A DNA stretch of 64,000 bases from NCBI GenBank assembly GCA_013265495.1, contig MU058198.1, positions 1,686,419 through 1,750,418 on the forward strand, given 5' to 3'. The translations under genes and the position numbers were made by a program. The DNA is from Vicugna vicugna (Eukaryota). Positions 49,821-62,637 of the stretch are shown here, piece after piece; position 1 is the first letter of the stretch; every line of letters starts with the position of its first letter. The notes under the pieces are model-generated. The model was not told where the DNA came from. It searched no databases and worked only from the letters and a program-made list of their open reading frames with translations.

Positions 49821-49900
49821 CTGGGAAGTCTTGATTCACCAGCTGATTAACATCTACTGAGTTCACCGAAGTCAGAAGGGCGAAGAGTAGAGAAAGGGAC
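49821..49900 (-). CDS. ZP2: ZP2 exon 2 (RSLSLLFALLTSVNSVDVNQLVNQDFP), signal peptide core
   Basis: cctacag acceptor, G|gtaggc donor; frame continuous. Confidence 0.88.
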
Positions 49901-49999
49901 CTGTAGGTGATGGAGGGCATGGGGGAGAGCGTTAAGGAGGAATAAACTTCAGCAGACATGACTTTACAACCCCTCCCTTCTGCCCCCAGAATGACTCAC

Positions 50000-50061
50000 C
50001 TCCAGTCTGCTCTGAATCGGCTTGAGAGTCTCCTACTGTCTGCTCTCTGCCTGGATGCCAT
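50000..50061 (-). CDS. ZP2: Zona pellucida glycoprotein 2 exon 1 (MASRQRADSRRLSSRFRADW)
   Basis: gtcATGG start, AG|gtgagt donor, 62 nt. Confidence 0.93.
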
Positions 50062-50109
50062 GACCAAAAGCACCACCCAGTCAACCAGGCAGAGGGCTTG
50101 GCTGCTCTG

Positions 50110-50290
50110 CGCTTTTACAGCAGGAAGCAGGACATGTCCCCGCCCTCTCCCCATTGGAAACACCTGAATCTTCTCCAGCCTTCTCAGCTGAGAGGAAGGG
50201 GATTGGGAAGGAAGAGGCTTTCTGGAAGGCCGGTGAAAAGTAGAGCTCTGCCCCTCCTGACGTTTGCAGTGGGTGCTCCACCAGCTGCTC
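50110..50290 (-). promoter_or_regulatory. ZP2 proximal promoter: TATA-like TGTAAAAG (50112-50119), CCAAT (50153-50157), E-boxes (50161-50166, 50185-50190, 50282-50287)
   Basis: Motifs seen at the expected spacing upstream of the ATG; zona genes are known to use a ~-200 E-box bound by FIGLA/E12. Confidence 0.6.
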
Positions 50291-52938
50291 TGCGGGTCAG
50301 CCGTGAAAACTGAGTTCCTTGAAATTGGCTCCTGCTGAATAAATTGGTGTTTTTCTCCAAAACACTGGGAAAAATGAAGATCTCTAAATCTTTACAACTC
50401 ATATGTAGAGTGAAGGAGTGTGGTGGGGTTATTTTTTTAATTTAATTTTTATTTTTTAAAAATATATTTTGATTACTTACTTAATTAATTTATTTATTCT
50501 ATTTATTTATTTTTTAGGAAAGAACAGCTCTTGTTCCCACTATCTTTAAGTAACAACCCTTTCAAGTTACTGCTGGTCTTCTGGCTATTGTGAACATCAC
50601 CTTGGCAAAGGGCATGAAGAAGCACTTTAAAAAAATGGACAAAGCATTATTTTCCCTCAAGGATAGATTTTAAGCTTACTTTTAAAAAAAAATGCAGAGA
50701 ATTACAGAAGGATACAGAGAAAAAGAAAAAGTCATCTAAATTTTATCACTGCTCATACTAATAATACGTAACTAATAGAATGTAACTTTATGGTCTTTTT
50801 TTACAAACACCACACACGCTTAAAAACAACCACCACCACCTGGGATCAAAGTATAAATTATGTTTGTCTGCTTCATATGTCATGGACATTTTCCATATCA
50901 AACAAAAGGTCTCTATGACCATTTTAAAGATTTCATAATACTCAATGTCTAGATAAATTGGTGTTTAACTGTTCCCTAATGATGGACATTAAAATAGCTT
51001 CCAATTTTTCATCATTATAAACAATAATTTGTTGGACATTCTTGTACATTTCCCTGGTTAACTCTTAGGAAAATTTCCTAGAAGTAGGAATTCTGGGTCA
51101 AAGGGAATAGTGATCTAAATTAAGAATATCATACTGGGTTACAATAGGGAGTTTACAGGTGGGGAAATTGAGAAAAAGTAACTTGCCCAAGCTTTACCAT
51201 CTGGGTGTCAGGGCCAGGGTCAGATTGAGAACTCAGATTTTCTGAGACTTAATCAACACCTTTTCAGCATCTCTCATTGTTCTTTGAGACACCTTGCTGT
51301 CTGCAGCCCATGCTCCATAAGAGGTGATAATGCTCAAATTCTGTGCACATAAGGGGGTGGCATTTGCAACGATTGATTTATGTGTTGTTCTTTTTATGAT
51401 TTATGTCTTTGTGATGTAACTTGAGGAGTAATCTTCATTCCCTGTTACAGGTGTCTGAAATACTGTTAGTCAGTGTAGAGTTTCCCCTACCTTCCTTGAT
51501 CAAAATGATCACCTGGGGTTCTGGTTAATCTGGATCCCACCCAAAAGCTACTGAATCAAGCTCTCCAGGGGAAGGGCCTGGGGTATGTTTAATAAGCCAG
51601 GTGAGCCCTATGCTCAGGGAAATTTGGGAAATACCTGGAGGGAGGAGGTAGGCAGGAAGGTGAGCGATGCCAGTGGTTAACTTAACCTCTTTATGGGAAT
51701 CGGTTGATTAGATTATATCCCAGTGGAATGGAGAGAGGGAGCGAAATCCAGGATAAGCAGGTTTTTGGGGGTAGAGATGGTGAAAGGATTTAGATTCTTT
51801 AGCAGGAACATGACAGCAATAGTTACTCCTAAGCATTTTTTCCAAAAGTGGCACCTTTTCTGATAAGGGTGATGAATACACCAGAGATTGATTTCATTTG
51901 CCCTCCCTGACCTAGCCAGTGCTGTGCTTGGTACAGTCACGGAACCACTAGCTCCAGGCCCATAAGAATCAATGCCGCATAAGTGCACAAGGATGCAAAT
52001 AGTTTGGTGTAGCCAGCCTTGAGAATGAGAAAGACATGGTCTCTCCACAATAAGATGGTGTCTCATACCACTAGTTAGGAACAACTAAAATCTTTACAAA
52101 AATGATAGATCCTCAATATTTTACTAAATAAACAGTAGGATCTCTTTCATATGTATGTTTTCCACATTCTTTTCAATGAGCCTTTTTAAGGATGCTTATA
52201 GCTACAAGGTGCTCCCTCTCTTCTGTGACTGCCCTGGTCTCCACCTGACTTATGAGGTCACTTCTCAGCTGCTCCTCACCAGGCATTTCTTTTTTTTTTT
52301 TTTTTGAGAGTTTTAGATTGTTATGCAAAACAACAATGCAGTGCTGTTGCCTCATTTGGGCAGGTGCCCTCCTTAGTTTCTGAAATGTAGTTCTTATGAA
52401 CAACAGTTTCTAGTTCTTAAATTCTAATCCGGTTGCCATATTTTCCACAACAACTGCAAAAATATTCGTTGAAGATGACCTAAATGTTATCATCAGAAGA
52501 TGGTTAGATAAATTCTGGAATACTCTTCAGGTACTAAAATAAACCTGTGGATTCAACTGGATATATGAACACTGATATTAAAGACATCCACAACAAACTG
52601 GAGTATTGGAGCTGCATAATTAGTATGTTTTCATATTTTACTTTAAAAAAAGAAAAGTGAGAAAACTATGTTGTCTATATATTTGTGTCTACATATGGGC
52701 ATATAAACGCATGTTTGCATTTATATACTGGGGAGCTAGCACATTACCCGGAGGAGGAGACAGTGCAGGTATCCAGGCAGCCCATCCCAATCCAGCCATG
52801 CTAGACATTGACAGCTGTTGCCTGTTCTGACTTGTTTGTGTTCTTGCTGTACTGATTATAAATATGTGTTAGGTATCATCCCTGGAATAGGAATAGGGAG
52901 ATGGGATACATGATTTTTTAAAAACTTCGTTCACTTCT

Positions 52939-53962
52939 TTTTTTATTTTTTATTTTGTAAGTTGAAGTATAATCAGTTTACAATGTGTCCATTTCTGGTG
53001 TTCAGCATGATGTTTCAGTCAAACAGATACATATGTTTATTTGTTGTCATGTTCTTTTTCATTTTTGGTTACTACAAGATATTGAATGTTGTGCCATATG
53101 CTATACAGAAAGAATTTGTTGTTTATCTATTTTATATATAGTAGTCAGTATCTCCAAATCTCAAATTCCCAATTTATCCCTTTCCACCCACTTTCCCCCT
53201 GGGTAAACATAAGTTTGTAAGTTTGTTTTCTATGTCTGTGAGTCTGTTTCTGTTTTGTAAATAAGTTCATTTGTGTCTGGTTTTTTTTTTTTAAGATTCC
53301 ACATATGAATGATATCATATGGTAGTTTTCTTTCTCTTTCTGGCTTATTGCACTTAGAATGACAAACTCCAGGTCCATGCATGTCGCTGCAAATAGCATT
53401 ATTTTATTATTTTTTATGGCTGAGTAATATTCCATTGTGTAAATACTTACCACAACTTATTTATTCAGTCATCTGTCAATAGACATTTAGGTTGTTTCCA
53501 TTGTCATAGTGCTGCTATGAACATTGGGGTCCATGTATCTTTTCAAATTAGAGCTTCCTCCAGATACATGCCAGGAATGGGACTGCTAGATCATATGATA
53601 AGTTTATTTTTAGTTTTTAAAGGAATCTCCATACTGTTTTCCATAATAGCTGCACCAAACTACATTCCCACAAACAGTGTAGGAGGGTTCCCTTTTCTCC
53701 ACACCCTCTCCAGCATTTACTGTTTGTGGATTTTTTAACAATGGCCATTCTTACTGGTGTGGGGTAAAACTTCACTGTAGTTTTGATTTGCATTTCTCTG
53801 ATAATTTGTCATATTGAGCATTTTTTCATGTGCCTATTGGCCACTTGTATGGCTTCATTGGAGAATTGCTTGTTTAGGTCTTCTGTCCATTTTTGGCTTG
53901 GGTTTTGTTGTTGTTGTTAAGTTGTATGAATTGTTTATATATTCTGGAAATTAAGCCCTCGC
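52939..53962 (-). mobile_element. 5'-truncated L1 upstream of ZP2
   Basis: ORF2 C-terminus (ORF 53145..53453 IYTMEYYSAIK) plus 3'UTR; 19-bp TSD with one mismatch (52920-52938, 53963-53981). Confidence 0.88.
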
Positions 53963-54796
53963 AAAAACTTCTTTCACTTCTGTATTGATTGAATTGTCTT
54001 GCTGATAAATAACCAATTAAAATAATTTAAAAATGATAAAAGTAAATCTGATTTGTATATGAGTGAGCTATAGAAGCTATAGAATGAAATGCCCATGAAT
54101 TCGACCTTTATAGTATAAATGTATAGGTGAGTGGATCTGGTTCATGAGGCTTTCAAAGTCCAACTTCCTATTATAAAATGAAGAAACTAAGCCTACAAGG
54201 TTTTGTGACTTGCAGCAAGTTAATAGCAGATCCAGGGAGAAACCAGGTCTTCTGATGTCTACTCTCAGGCTTGTTCTATGATTCAAGAATCCATTTGAAT
54301 TTCTGGGTGCATATGTGTAAGGGGGTGTTTTAAAACTCCATGCTTCACTTGCAGTTCATTTAACTTTAAAAGTACAATATGGCATTAATATGAATTTACC
54401 AGTATTAGATACATATGAAATATAACAATTTCTATCAGTTATGCTAATATAGCTTAAAATAGCTTTCAAATATCAAATATGAATTTAACTTGGAAAAATG
54501 AGATAGATGTTAATGAGAATGTTCTTGAACATTACATGGTACTTCTTTTACCTATGCAATGTAACTACGCAATGTTTATGTCATTTTTCCACTTTGGATC
54601 TCTAGACAGATCCAAATTGAATGTGCCTTGTAACTAATGGATTCAAAGAGAACTAGGACAAGAGCAGAAACAGCCTTGTCAAACTGTTAATATAAAGATA
54701 AGGAAGCTTAGTTAAATGAATGACAGACAAGGCTCAGAAGTTCTAAATAAAAATTCATTTACATACAAGTATCAACAAAGATTACTCCATAGCTAG

Positions 54797-55341
54797 TGTT
54801 GCAGAAAAGCATGTGACAGCTCAGTGTTATAGCTCAGGGTTATAGCTCAGGGTTACAGCTCGATGTTACAGTTCAGTTGTGACAGCAACCTGGATCCGGG
54901 AGAGAGACCAAGCAGCACTCGGAGACTTGCAGAACTCAGGTTTACTACATCAGTGGGCCCAGAGGAGTTAACACTCCAAGCTCTGGACTCCGTCTGTAGG
55001 TTTACACAGGTTTTTATAGGCTACCAGTCTAGACTTTGCAACATTTTGTAACATCATATGCAAATAAGGTATAATAAAGGTGACTAGGAACAAGCTTTAT
55101 AGAAATGAACCACTCAGGAGTGAGCTCCATGCACATGAAGTGCTACAAATGGACCAATCAGGAGTTAGCACAGGGAACCAATAGAATTTTAGGGATAAGT
55201 TCCACTTTCTTAGAAGTAAGCTGTTTCAGAGGCAAAAAGCGAGATAATGCCACCAGGCCAGGGAACCAGATGATGCTGGCAGGGGGTTAGTGGCCCTGCC
55301 TGGGGGATCTGCTAGTCTTTTTCATGGGGCTTCCCACCTCA
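54797..55341 (-). mobile_element. Intact-looking ERV1-type solo LTR
   Basis: TG...CA ends, perfect 4-bp TSD CTAG, minus-strand TATAAAAA (55011-55018) and AGTAAA (54941-54946). Confidence 0.8.
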
Positions 55342-55464
55342 CTAGTAGCTAGGGTAATGGTTGCCACAGAAGTAAAGAAAATGCTTCCTTGGCAATACAG
55401 CATAGTCGTTTTAGTTGGTATAATATCAGATGTTAAAGTTCTTAAGGCGATGTAGCAGATCAGT

Positions 55465-55950
55465 TGTAAAGGTCCCCGTCTTCCACCTCTCCCTGGACTC
55501 CTATCCTTTGCAACATGATTTGCAGTTAGCCTGGTCCCCCCTCGCTCCTCCTTCCGCCTGAATCTGGCTGGCCTTGTGACTTGCTTTGGCCAAGAGAATG
55601 AGGTGAAGTGACGGTGTGCCAGTTCTGAGAGTAGGTCCCTCGAGGCCTGTACACATATGCACGCTCTCTCAGCATTCTGCATTCACCATGAGAACAAACC
55701 CAGGCTAGCCTGCCAGATGATAAACAACCACAAGGAGCAGAGACAGGTCATCTAAGCTGAGGCTGTCCTAGAGCAGCCAGTTCCCAGCCAACCCGCCAGT
55801 TGACTGCCGATGAATGAGTGAGCCAAGCCAAGGTCAGCCGAGCACAGAGGAATTGACCAGTTGACTGTAGACTTGTGTGCTAAATCAATGCTTATTGTTT
55901 TAAGCCACTTGATTTTGGGTGGTTTGTTAGGCAGCATAATTGTGGCAATA
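55465..55950 (+). mobile_element. MaLR solo LTR (MLT1-type)
   Basis: GGCCTTGTGACTTGCTTTGGCCAA...TTATTGTTTTAAGCCACT...TTTGTTA.GCAGCA. Confidence 0.7.
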
Positions 55951-56767
55951 GTTGTCAGAGATTTTTATTTAGAATTCCTATTTCAAAAAGAGTCCAGCTT
56001 TAAATTATGAAACTACAGATATTCTGCTAGGGAGCAATCTATGAAACTGTGAAGCCTCAAAGGAAGCAAGAGGACCATTTGTGCTGGTGCAGAAACAGAC
56101 TGCCTTTGAGGGTTTTGCTTTCTCATGGGAGAGAACAAATGACTACTTATGTAACAAATAAACCCTAAGCAGAGATATGCAAAATTAAATACACGCAGGC
56201 ATATTCTCTCCTGTCCAGCACCCTTTGCTCTTCTTTTGGTAGTAACATCATGGTGGGCTTTGGGGACCTCTTTCCCGCTAAGTATAATCTTGGTGAGACT
56301 TTCAGTCAGGCTGCCTCCATCACCCTTTGGACAAGGGGTGGGCACATGACTGAAACTAATCAAACTGTGAAATTTGAGTCTCCATCAGGGTAACACGGGT
56401 TGAAGCTCAACCCATTCCCTGAAGGGTTGTCTCTTACTCAAGTAACACCCAGCTGTGTTAAATCTCCCTTCACTAAATCTCTGTAATCCACCACTCCTTC
56501 TTTGGGTTCTCCTGCAGGTTTTATAATACACATCTTTATTATTCGCATCTCACACAGAGTACTGGAGAAGAGTAGGTGGTCCTCAGAAACTCTGTGATTT
56601 GATGAGTCTCTGTAGGAAGGAGAGAAGGGAATTTGTGTTCCAGTCCACCGTGTATAGGTCCTGTGCTGGACGCTGATGCATAAACATTCAAGGTAGACAT
56701 AAGAAAAGGAAATGAAGGCTTCTTGAGGTGAATTTCCCCTCCAGCTGATAGCTACTAAGTAGAAAGC

Positions 56768-57195
56768 TGTTATGGACTGAATGTGTTTCCCTCAAAATTC
56801 ATATTGAAGCCCCCACCTCCCACCATCGGAAAATCCTAGGTACCTCAGAATGTGATTGTATTTGGAGCTAGGGTCTTTACAAAGGTGATTAATGTAAAAT
56901 GAGGTCATTAGGATCGGCTCTAGTGCAATATGACTGGTGTCCTTATAAAAAGAAGGAATTTGGGCATGGACACATGCAGAGGGAAGACAATGTGAAGACA
57001 CAGGGGGAAGACGACCTTCTACAAATCAAGGACAGAGGCCTGGAACAGATCCATCTCACAGCTCTCAGAAGAAACCAACCCTGCCAACACTCTGATCTCA
57101 GACTTCCAGCTCCCAGAAATATAAGAAAAAAACAATTCTGTTGTTTAAGTCACCCACTTTGAGGTACTTTTTAATGGCAGCCTTAGAAAACCATT
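56768..57195 (+). mobile_element. MaLR solo LTR (MLT1A/B-type)
   Basis: TGTTATGGACTGAATGTGT...GACTGGTGTCCTTATAA...TTCTGTTGTTTAAG. Confidence 0.8.
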
Positions 57196-58340
57196 AGCAA
57201 TTCCCAGATTGAAATACAACTCTGTGTGACTATAAAATATCTACTCTTCTTACAGAATCTTAAGGTGGAGGATTAAAAATAAATAAAAGCCAGGACCCAG
57301 TTGTCGTTCTTATTATTGAAAAGAAAAACGCAGAGGAAAGAGAAGAATGGTTGAGGAAATAAGCTGATTCTACATCTATGATTGACTTAAAGAAGGGAGA
57401 GACTTTCTCTCTTAATACTACTAGTGTTACCACTTCTACTTCTAAAACTACTACTGCGGGCTTACATTCATTGAGTACTGACTGCATACCACATCATGCA
57501 CTAAGTGTCTTACAAATGTTAACTTAGCAATTACTTGCAATAGACCTGTGACTAATAATTGGAAAAATCCCATTTTTATTTTACTGATGAGGAAACTGAG
57601 ACTCAGAGAGAATTAGCCCAAGTTAATGGAGGCTCTAGTTGCTGACTTAGGAGTCTATGTTCTTAACCATTACTGTACTCTGGTTTTGTTTCAACACAAT
57701 GCCTGGCATTCACATGTGCTGGTCTTCTCAGTCCAACTGTCAGCTTTGAGAGAGTTGGATGGTTTTGATGGTATATGATAATCTGCTAAAGGGTGCTTTA
57801 ACACACTTCCTTTGTGGTAGATTCTGCCATCTTGACACAAAATGGCAACTAGTGTAGGTTTTCCAGTGATCACCGTTCCTAAAGCTTTTATAGAATTTAA
57901 GCTTTGGGTGAGGACTCATATCATATGATTATGTTGACTGAGGTCTTTAATTCATAAAACCAATAATTAATTAGGAAGGGGAAAAGGCATAAGAAAAAAG
58001 GAAATTTGTCCAGCTAACAAAGTCAGTTGATTCAAGTACAGAATTTAAAATCATAGCTCCTGCTTAGACAATCTAACGTTCACATTTTAAAGAATTTGTT
58101 TTTGGAAACCTTTATAAAACTCTCCACTGTTACAATGTAATGCCATCTGGGATTTAGCATTTATAAAATGTGCAGTTAAGTGATGCCAAGAGATTCTTCA
58201 TGCAAACCAGATGGTACAATAACAGATCTGTCTATTTTTTCTGGCAGAAAAAATAGGGCTTTGAGTGGCTTGAAACTTATGTGAATAAATTAAGCACAAT
58301 CAATACTTCAGGGACATTATAATTTCAATCATCAACTTAC

Positions 58341-59198
58341 CCATTTAAATATTTTCATAAATGTTTTCATTTGGAGAAGAAAAACCAAAAGGGAAGACAA
58401 TGGTTTCTTTCACTGCTTCATGTTTGTATTTAACAGTGTTTCTAAGGAAAACACCAATGACCTTCAGTGTGGAAAAGAATATATTCTCTGTATTTTGAGA
58501 GTGATAATATATGTTTAAATGAGAAGCAGGATTGTTGAAATCTCTTTTGAGTAGGAAAAATCCACATAGAACAGGTTGAACAGTTTTATTACAGTGATAG
58601 AGGAAAAAATACACAAAATGACATTTCTGAATGATGCATTTGAGAATGTCTTTACCTCAACAGATATGTTTCCATAAACTTGTTTGGCACGTACGGTGGT
58701 ATGTTAACTGGTTCTCCCCTTGCCTGATTCCTCCAAGTTTTCTGGGTAACAACAGGGCTTTTGTAATTCCCTTTATTTTCATTTACTTTCTGTTATTGCT
58801 TTTATTTTCAATAGAATTCCTAATAAGATACTCATTATATGGAGTAATCTTGTTAAAAGCAAATGTTCCACTTGGAGCTTTTTCTTTTTCCTTATTATTT
58901 CCAGAAAAGTGCTTCTCTGCCATACAAGTGAATTTCCCCTGTAATTAGATGTGAATAGCTTTGAAGAACAAATAATGTCTGCTTTTGAAAGCCAGACCTC
59001 TTGGAGTGCAGGGGGAGCAATCTCGTTAATAAAAATATGGGCTGCACAAACTGTTGAGTTTCTTTCCCAAATAGCAGTGAATGGGAAACGCAGAACCACA
59101 AGGGTGAAGTTTGTTTTCCACTCGGCTGGCATTGGTTTTTCCTGCAGTAGACTAGAAGTATCAACTACCACTAGTCTTTGTCCTTTCTGGTCCTCTTC
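58341..59198 (-). pseudogene. Possible decayed coding exon of unidentified origin
   Basis: Bounded by a polypyrimidine-CAG acceptor and GG|gtaagt donor; two overlapping stop-poor frames in AT-rich DNA. Confidence 0.3.
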
Positions 59199-61464
59199 CT
59201 GAGCAAGGGAACACACAGGACTCCGTTTTATAGATGGGTCAGAGTCCTAGGTTAGTCCTCTATCCAAGTGCTACTTGGCCAGGATTGCCCTCAAGGTATA
59301 TGGGACTCCTGGTCAGATGACCCAGCTGTCAGGTACCCACTATTAAACTAGGAGAGGTCACAAATTTATAAACACAACAATAAAGGGTTGCAAATGGCCT
59401 TGCTCTATGGGGAAGAGGAGACCGTTTGGTGGGAGAATCTCTCCAAGTGTTGCCCCTGGGAAGTGGTTAACCCTGTTATCCTATGAGTCACTGGCAAAAA
59501 GAAGTGGTGTCTCTGCACAAGGGCTCTCAAATTTAAATTCTTGGGGATTCTGTTAATAGGTTGAGTTTCTAGAGTTTTAGGAAAGCAACGGAGGAAATAG
59601 AGCCTACCCCTCTGAACCTAAGTGGCAGCCAGAGGGATGGGGGAGTCACTTGCAGGCAGTTTCTCTAAAGTTATACTAACATTGCAAGAGTGTAGGGAGG
59701 TGTGGGCGGCAGGGTTGGTTCCAGTAGGAAGGTTGATGGGGGCCTTGACTTGCTAGCTAATAGAATGACCCAAGAGAAGGTCATTGTCACTTAAGTCGGA
59801 TCCTCAAAGTCTCTGTGTGCATGGCAGGTCTTCTTCTCTGACCTTCCCAGAGTCCAGCAGCATACAGTTGGAATAGACTCACGTACTTATTTCCATAAGA
59901 CCAGTACAGTCAGAATATACAATCAAAAGCCACAATGGCCCCACAATTATCCACAACCCCTCATAAAGAATTAGTGTCTACATTACGTGTAAGTCTGTAT
60001 TAGTTATTTTCATCAATCTTTGCCCCTTATCATCTCCTACCAATTTTGTTTCCTTTGGGCTTTGGAGGATAAGGAAGTAGACGAACTACTGAGCTATATA
60101 GCTCTCTCTTGCTCTCTCTCTCTCTCTGTTTCCTAAGCCACAATCACACTACTTCCAGTTTGTACTATCACGCTTTATAGTTTGTAAGGAATTTTTATAT
60201 CATTTCATCGTTACTGTTGTAAGCTTAGGTGATGATGATAGAATTGTGAGCAATCTACCCAATTCAATCCACAAAGAAACGTTGACTCAGATAGATGAAA
60301 TAACTTGCCCCAGACCATATTGGCTCGACTCTAGGTCTTCTTGCTACAAGTTCAACCCTCTTTCTCAACCTTATCTTGAAGGGATGAGGTAAGGGGGACC
60401 TTTAAGTTCAGAAAGATTTGTTTCTGTTTCTCCTGTCCCACCTCCTCCCCATCTATTCTTATTTCAAGGAAAAGTTTTCCCAAGGAAAGGCCAGAGGGTG
60501 CTAGGATCTTCACCATAAAAACAAACAAAACAACCCTCAGGTGTTTTACCATTTCACAGGAGAGGTTAAGTTCAAGTCACTTAAGTACTACTGGAGTTGA
60601 GAAACTTTTCATTCTACTCCTTGTCTTCCACTCGCAGTCCTTCTTCCTCTATAATTGCTCTGGCCTCCTTTTTCTTTGCTTCCATCCTCATTCTTGTCAT
60701 TCTCCTTCTCTTCATCATTGTTATCATTATTATTATCATCGCCATTATCATCTTTATCTGCTAGCAGACTCCTGGTTTGATTGGCACTTAGCATTCTATT
60801 ACTGTAGAATAGGATATTATACAGTATACTACTAATCCATCTTTAAGAAGCCCTCTCTCACGTTACATATGATTTTCTCTATCAGAGTACATTAATGAAT
60901 GCAGTTGTGTCTAAATTAGAGTGGCTTGTGCAAAAATGAGAAATAATGTTTCCTTGTTCTCAGAGTATTTACAATCATGTTTGTATATTTCGCTTTCTCC
61001 AAGCTAAAAAAATTCTTTTTTTTTTAAACAAATACATAGTGCTGGACTGCCCTCCAGGTTGCTTTTACAGCTTCCACTGCTGTTCTCATAGAAACCAAAA
61101 AAAGGGAACAAACATTGACCTTTGGAGCTAATTGCTGTGAGGACTCTGTAGATTAAAGCTTTGTACTTTTTCAGAGTGGTAAGATAATTTACCTTGGAAT
61201 AAAAACTTGGGGAAAAAAAGATAAGAGCAATAAACTGTTACAGACTAAAAATATATAGCTTCCTCACATCAATTCCATGGACTATTATCCAAACACAAAA
61301 TTTTAAATATTTCATAACAGTATGGGAAATATTTATAGTGTATTAAAGAGAAGAAAAGACAATGCAAAATTATATGTATTTGATAAAAAATAAAAATATA
61401 AAAGTTATATCACAAGAGAATATATAAATATTTCATTGGTTGTAGGATAATGGGTTCTAATTTT

Positions 61465-61584
61465 TTTGGTGAGGGGAGGTAATTAAGTTTATTATTTATT
61501 TTTAGAGGAGGTACTGGGGATTGGAACCCAGGACCTTGTTCATGCCAAGCATGCGCTCTGCCACTTGAGCTATGCCCTCCCCCC
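61465..61584 (-). mobile_element. tRNA-derived camelid SINE (Vic-1-like)
   Basis: Same family as 21663-21782, reversed; TSD GGGTTCTAATTTT (61452-61464, 61585-61597). Confidence 0.85.
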
Positions 61585-61804
61585 GGGTTCTAATTTTATT
61601 GCTGTGTCTTCAGAGAATGTGATCTACATGAAACCTATTATTTGATATTTGTCGAGGCCTGCACTGGTTCTATTAGATGGGCAATTTGTGTAACTGTTCT
61701 CTGTGTGCTTGAAAAGAATGTGCATTTTCTATTGAGTGTAGTGTTCTCTATAGGATTTTTAGATAAATCTTTTTAATTATGTTCCGATCTTTTATGTCTT
61801 TCCT

Positions 61805-62241
61805 AGTCTGGTGGCAGAGTGTGTGATCAGGTCATCCACAATACTCTGATTGTTTGATGGTGAGGTAACAGGGTGATAGTTTGGGAATCTCAATCATCAA
61901 CCTCTGGTTCCAATTGGTCTGGGGTCTACAAGCTGGTGGCTAGTGTGCAGTTAACTTTTTCCACCTATTAAGGGTTTTAGCATCTGCAAAACAGCTCAAG
62001 GATATGGCTCAGGATATTATCAATAGCTCTTGAGAAGGAATTGATGGTCTTTGTCTTATGACTAAACTGTTACTATTTTGTCTTGCTGAACTGTTATTTC
62101 TTTGCTTCTGTCTTTTCTCACTTCTCTGATTAAATCTGCTTAGAACTCAGAGAAGGCCTAGGAGGCCATAGCTTTTCCATAGACAAGAGGTGGGGGCCTA
62201 AGTGGGGGCAGGAATCTGTCACCGGGTCCTGCTTGGTTTCA
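61805..62241 (-). mobile_element. Partial ERV-type LTR within L1 debris, ~480 nt upstream of the ANKS4B ATG
   Basis: Ends GGGTCCTGCTTGGTTTCA; internal CATCTGCAAAACAGCTCAAGGATATGGCTCAG motif. Confidence 0.6.
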
Positions 62242-62593
62242 TGGTAATGGTTATACAACTCTAAATTTAGTAGTGATCATTGAATTGTACACTTAAAATG
62301 GGTGAATTTCATGGTATGCAAATTGTACCTCAATCCAGTGCTTTAAAAAATAGACCTCCCCGGTGAAGTAGACCTAGTTCTAAATTGTTTTGAAATTATT
62401 TTCTTCATTCTGTTTCTAGATGACCAATGTTATATTCATGACTTGTTAATGGACATTAAAAAATGTGCCTCAAAACACTCAAGATGAACACAGCAGTCCT
62501 CAATATTCAATGTCATGGTCATTCTAGAAAGAAAAGGTCTGAAGGTCAGTGCTGGGAACCTTCCTGGCTGCCTTCCATGGAGGGAGGCTGGAA

Positions 62594-62637
62594 TGAGCTT
62601 TGCCCTGGGGTGTGGTTCTTCCTTGTCACTGATTAAC
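62594..62637 (+). promoter_or_regulatory. ANKS4B promoter HNF4 site (TGAGCTTTGCCC, 62594-62605) and HNF1 site (GTCACTGATTAAC, 62625-62637)
   Basis: Good matches to HNF4 (CAAAG core) and HNF1 (GTTAATNATTAAC) consensus ~85-125 nt upstream of the ATG; ANKS4B is a known HNF4A target. Confidence 0.7.

Larger units (their letters stand above)
37272..50061 (-). other. ZP2: ZP2 gene, complete CDS span, 18 coding exons, 2154 nt / 717 aa
   Basis: Exon lengths 62,80,84,95,153,54,165,97,182,127,188,92,125,190,136,97,81,146 join without stops; signal peptide, ZP-N repeats, ZP module, furin site RSKR, C-terminal TM. Confidence 0.97.

Noticed and set aside
60609..60794. Asp/Asn/Glu-rich ORF
   Set aside because: Translation of a low-complexity (TCA/TTA)-rich tract
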